Assembly: GCA_963711565.1 (NCBI GenBank)
Contig: CAVQEQ010000003.1
Span: forward strand, 1,024,001-1,088,000
Length of the DNA stretch: 64,000 nucleotides
Reading direction: 5' to 3'
Source: an uncultured delta proteobacterium
GTDB taxonomy: Bacteria; Desulfobacterota; Binatia; Binatales; Binataceae
Both the position numbers and the translations under genes were made by a program. Below are positions 57,855-64,000 of the stretch, piece after piece. How positions within the stretch are numbered: the stretch's first letter is position 1; each line of letters begins with the position of its first letter. The notes under the pieces are model-generated. The model was not told the DNA's origin, did no database searches, and worked only from the letters and a program-made list of their open reading frames with translations.

Positions 57855-58317
57855 GCGGCGTCAGCGCTCCAGCGGTGCCGGCGATGGCGGCAAGGTTCAA
57901 CAGCAGCACCGCGCTGTTGAGAATCACCGAATTGCGATGCAGGTTGTCGAACTCAGCTTTCCTGACGGGGTCCGGATTCGCGTCTTCGGTGACGGCGCGC
58001 AGCGCGTCGGCGCGCGGCAGAATGACAGTGCCGGCGTAGAAGGTGATTCCCAGCGCGATCGCGATCGCGACCGTCGTACCGAGCCACCATATCCGCGGCC
58101 CGCGCACCGCCGTGAAGTAGATCGCGAGCACCAAGCTGAGCGTCCCCACGATGTACCCGAGCATGTAGTAGCGCGGGAAGATCGTGCTGATCAGTTGCCC
58201 GGCCTCGTGGCGCTGCAGGACCGTGAACACTGCCGGTGCGGTAAAGAATGAGAAGAATACAATACCGCCGAGCCAGCATCCCAGTGCGGCGAGGTAGATC
58301 GTCAAAGCTATGATCAT
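57847..58317 (-). CDS. DUF4149/TMEM205-like membrane protein
   Basis: WLGGIVFFSFFTAPAVF, AG....IFPRYY, FDNLHRNS..LN. Confidence 0.85.
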   Translation of the reverse strand: MIIALTIYLAALGCWLGGIVFFSFFTAPAVFTVLQRHEAGQLISTIFPRYYMLGYIVGTLSLVLAIYFTAVRGPRIWWLGTTVAIAIALGITFYAGTVILPRADALRAVTEDANPDPVRKAEFDNLHRNSVILNSAVLLLNLAAIAGTAGALTPRG

Positions 58318-58349
58318 TTTTTTTCAGTGACCCCGGACTGGCGTCGCCA

Positions 58350-58775
58350 TCAGTTAAGCCATCGGTTGGGCGCGCCGGGCAGCGGCTGGCGCTCGGAGAA
58401 TCCGCTGTCGACGCTATGCCATGCAACGACGCGCGACTCGCCGAACTGCCAGCATAGAAAAACGATTTCGTCCCCCGCATCGTACGGAAAATCGATCAGG
58501 CCGAGGTCGATGTCCTTGAGGATGCATCCGAAGGATTCGATTTGCGCGGCGGCGTCGGCCATGTTGGTGGCGAACGATCGCAACTCGGGATAGCGCCCGA
58601 CGATCTCGCTCATCGCCGAGTGCAGAATCGAGGGATCGGCGACCGACAACTCGTCGATTCGCGAGCGCAACAACGTCGCCTGCATCTGCAGCTGGCGCAT
58701 CAAAATATCCAGCCGCGGAATCAGCTCGTTGGCTTCTTCCTCGCTGAACAACTTATCAAATCCAATATTAGGCAA
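58350..58775 (-). CDS. DUF2203 family protein
   Basis: FSEEEANELIP, LKDIDLGLIDFP, FLCWQFGE, WH....GF..RQPL. Confidence 0.9.
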   Translation of the reverse strand: MPNIGFDKLFSEEEANELIPRLDILMRQLQMQATLLRSRIDELSVADPSILHSAMSEIVGRYPELRSFATNMADAAAQIESFGCILKDIDLGLIDFPYDAGDEIVFLCWQFGESRVVAWHSVDSGFSERQPLPGAPNRWLN

Positions 58776-58922
58776 TGTTTTTCCGTCAGTAGCGCGCGCC
58801 GGTCGCCATGATTACGTTCTTGGTAAGCGGTAACCTTGTCCGCGCCACCACCTTATATTACGGTGAAATTTGGGTTGCGTGGAAGGCGTGGCGGGGTTTC
58901 CCCCAAGAGGTTCGATTGACCT

Positions 58923-61367
<2,445 letters not shown>

Positions 61368-61500
61368 GGAAGAACTACATCTAACTTGAAACCCACCGTG
61401 GGTTTCACGCTTCCCTGGGCAGGGGTGACCTCCTTCGGCGTCGCTCAGGACAGGCTCTGCACCCAGTATCTCGAAAGTACGACGGGACGCGTTCCCACAA

Positions 61501-61546
61501 TCCGGTTCCCCTTCCCGCGCGGGAAGGGGTTAGGGGTTAGGTTCCT
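61501..61546. repeat. 46-bp REP-like unit
   Basis: TCCGGTTCCCCTTCCC-GCGC-GGGAAGGGGTTAGGGGTTAGGTTCCT. Confidence 0.88.
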
Positions 61547-61624
61547 ATGCAGCATCAATGGCCCTGTATATCGCTTGACATATGTTGATTGATGCGGTTT
61601 AGATTGAAATCGAGGAACATGCGC

Positions 61625-62968
61625 ATGAAACACGAGCTGATCGACGTGGCCGAGCCGAACCTTATCCGCAAGCAATTCCCCTACGACGCGGTGCCGCGAA
61701 TCAGCTTCGACGGCGAATTCGAGCAACCTGACCCGGCACCCGACTTTTTCATCACCGACACCACCTTCCGCGACGGGCAGCAGGCGCGTCCGCCGTACAC
61801 GGCCGGGCAAATCGTCGCGATGTTCGACATGCTGCATCGCCTCGGCGGTCCCAACGGCATCATCCGGCAGACCGAGTTTTTCCTGTACTCGAAGGTCGAT
61901 CGCGATGCGGTTAATCGATGCCTCGCGCGCGGCTACGAGTTTCCCGAAGTCACGGGATGGATTCGCGCGGTGAAAGCGGACTTCAAGATCGTCAAGGAGA
62001 TGGGCCTGCGCGAGACCGGGATTCTGACGTTGGCGTCCGACTACCACATTTTCAACAAGCTCAAGAAAACGCGGCGCGCGGCGATGGACGATTATCTCGA
62101 GATCGTGAACGCGGCGCTCGATGCCGGCCTCAAAATCCGCTGCCATCTCGAGGACGCGACGCGCGCCGATTTTTACGGCTTCGTCGTGCCGTTCGTGTCG
62201 AAGCTGATGGAAGTCGGCGATGCGGCGGGGATTCCCGTCAAGATTCGGGTCTGCGACACGCTCGGTTTCGGCGTGCCCTACCCCGGCGTCGCGCTTCCGC
62301 GCAGCGTGCCGAAGCTGATTCTGGGTTTGCGGCGGGAATGCGGCGTGAAGCCGGAACAACTCGAGTGGCACGGGCACAATGACTTTCACAAGGTGCTCGC
62401 GAACGCGACCGCCGCCTGGCTCTACGGATGCATGTACGCGAACGGCACGATCCTCGGCTACGGCGAGCGCACGGGAAATCCTCCGCTGGAAGGCCTCGTC
62501 ATGGATTACGTGTCGCTCAAGGGCGACGCAAACGGGATGGACTTGTCGGTGATCACGGAAATCGCGGAGTACTTCGAACGCGAAGCCGGCTACCGGATTC
62601 CCGCCAACTATCCGTTCGTCGGCCGCGACTTCAACGTGACGCGCGCCGGAATCCATGCTGACGGGCTGCTGAAGGACGAGGAAATCTACAACGTCTTCGA
62701 CACCGCGAAGATTCTTGGCCGGCCACCGCGCGTGGCAGTCGATAAGACCTCAGGCGTCGCGGGAATCGCCTGGTGGATCAATTCCTACTTCGGTCTCGCG
62801 CGCGGCGCACAGGTCGAAAAGCGCTCGCCCGAGGTTCTCGAAATCGCGAAGTGGGTCAACGCGCAGTATGACGACGGCCGCACCACGTCGATCTCCGATC
62901 TGGAGATGGAGACGCAGGTCCGCCGGCATCTGCCGCGCCTGTTCGAGAGCGCCCGGCTGGCCGGATAG
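61625..62968 (+). CDS. DRE-TIM acyltransferase, Re-citrate synthase-like (IPMS/HCS family)
   Basis: ITDTTFRDGQQARPPY, IIRQTEFFLYS, PEVTGWIRA, SDYHIF, RCHLED, LEWHGHNDF, GERTGN, TRAGIHADG. Confidence 0.85.
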   Translation: MKHELIDVAEPNLIRKQFPYDAVPRISFDGEFEQPDPAPDFFITDTTFRDGQQARPPYTAGQIVAMFDMLHRLGGPNGIIRQTEFFLYSKVDRDAVNRCLARGYEFPEVTGWIRAVKADFKIVKEMGLRETGILTLASDYHIFNKLKKTRRAAMDDYLEIVNAALDAGLKIRCHLEDATRADFYGFVVPFVSKLMEVGDAAGIPVKIRVCDTLGFGVPYPGVALPRSVPKLILGLRRECGVKPEQLEWHGHNDFHKVLANATAAWLYGCMYANGTILGYGERTGNPPLEGLVMDYVSLKGDANGMDLSVITEIAEYFEREAGYRIPANYPFVGRDFNVTRAGIHADGLLKDEEIYNVFDTAKILGRPPRVAVDKTSGVAGIAWWINSYFGLARGAQVEKRSPEVLEIAKWVNAQYDDGRTTSISDLEMETQVRRHLPRLFESARLAG

Positions 62969-62984
62969 CACGGAGCCGAATTGA

Positions 62985-63914
62985 TCAGATCTTGATCCAG
63001 GCGGGCGGGATGAGATCGGTGGTGTCGTAGTATCCGTCGAACCGGCTGCGTCGGTATTGCGAGATGCGCTGGTACGGGACGGCTGGGTCAGCGCGCCTTC
63101 CGGAAAACCATCGCGACGGCGCGATCACTTTTTTGTCCGGGTTGGGATCGAGCCATGCGCCCCACCATGAAAATGATGAATTCGCGATGATGTGCCCTTT
63201 GCATCGGGCCATCAGGAAAAGGTCCTCGACAGTGCTTAACGCTTCGACAAAGACTACCCGGCGGCCGCGGAACCGCTCCTTACACCACGCGATGTCGTCG
63301 GAGAAGATTACGAAGGTGGTGTCTGAATCAAACTGAGACATCGCGCGCTCGTAGTAGTCACCGGCGGCCAACTCGGTCCAGACGGGTTCGCCGATGTAAT
63401 CGGTTCTGCGCACGTGGACCGAGCAGGTCGCGGTCGCCAGCAAGTTGGCGAATCCTCGGTCAAGCAGTTGAGAGAGTGCGTGATGGGGCGTGAAGTAGTG
63501 GCGCACCTCGTCTGCGCAGTGCGCGAAGAATCGCTCGGACTGGTAGAAGCCAAAAAGTTCGGTGGCGCGATCGATCGTGACTTCTTCATAGGCGAAAGTG
63601 CGGGGCGTCCGCCGCTGGAAATGTCGATAAGGACGGGCCTGCGGAATCGGAAATTCAAAATGCCGTGCGTACGGCCAAATGGGGAAAACAAACGAACAGC
63701 CGTTGCGGCGCGCGATACCGATAGTCGCGGCGATCTGGAAGAGCTGGTTGCCCAACCGCCCCAGCTCGCCGAGCGGGAACGTGACGACCTTCGTGTCGCT
63801 GAAGCGTGAGCGCAGCCTTCGCGAAATTGGCGAGACGAGCGGTAGATTCGCGAGCGCTGCGATTGCCCGCCTCAAGGCCGAAGGAGCGCTTGTTTCGATT
63901 TTCGGCGCGCTCAT
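62985..63914 (-). CDS. Alpha-1,2-fucosyltransferase (GT11)
   Basis: GRLGNQLFQ, GFYQSERFF, SVHVRRTDY, FSDDIAWC, IIANSSFSWWGAWL. Confidence 0.92.
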   Translation of the reverse strand: MSAPKIETSAPSALRRAIAALANLPLVSPISRRLRSRFSDTKVVTFPLGELGRLGNQLFQIAATIGIARRNGCSFVFPIWPYARHFEFPIPQARPYRHFQRRTPRTFAYEEVTIDRATELFGFYQSERFFAHCADEVRHYFTPHHALSQLLDRGFANLLATATCSVHVRRTDYIGEPVWTELAAGDYYERAMSQFDSDTTFVIFSDDIAWCKERFRGRRVVFVEALSTVEDLFLMARCKGHIIANSSFSWWGAWLDPNPDKKVIAPSRWFSGRRADPAVPYQRISQYRRSRFDGYYDTTDLIPPAWIKI

Positions 63915-63921
63915 CGGCGAA

Positions 63922-64000
63922 TCATGCCTCTGACGAGTGGAGGTCGCGGCCCTTGCGCTCGCGGCCGAGCAGGATGACGACGGCCGCGGAGACCATCACG
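63922..64000 (-). CDS. C-terminal fragment of a membrane protein, possibly an MFS transporter
   Basis: ...VMVSAAVVILLGRERKGRDLHSSEA*; a TM end followed by an ERKG motif. Confidence 0.45.
   Translation of the reverse strand, partial: VMVSAAVVILLGRERKGRDLHSSEA

Overview
High-GC bacterial chromosome segment. Gene content and codon style suggest a Binatota/Deltaproteobacteria-like soil organism, but this is inference only. The backbone is housekeeping: rng-type RNase, rlmI-like methyltransferase, moaC, trxB, GH1 glucosidase, rnhA, glgA, tRNA-Asn, a sirC-ccsA-hemA-hemC-cobA/hemD operon plus hemB, lon, a Re-citrate-synthase-like enzyme and a GT11. Accessory items: (1) an edge-truncated AbiTii-like gene missing from the ORF track; (2) a ~5 kb islet inserted at the 3' end of rng, bounded by a diverged 95-bp duplication, encoding a Dlt-like adenylation enzyme, carrier protein and MBOAT plus a stand-alone A-subdomain/methyltransferase protein (best candidate for an undescribed system); (3) a YCF48-MMPL-VOC-ABC-YceI envelope transport operon; (4) two tandem paralogous ~59-aa membrane microproteins behind a sigma54 promoter with an IHF site; (5) a Tad locus with four flp pilins and a convergent sigma54 activator; (6) several REP-like repeat families and a 152-bp MITE, one derivative of which appears to supply the start of CobA/HemD. 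Four genes are frameshifted and several conserved residues change at GACGTC contexts, which points to methylation-linked sequencing error or deamination.
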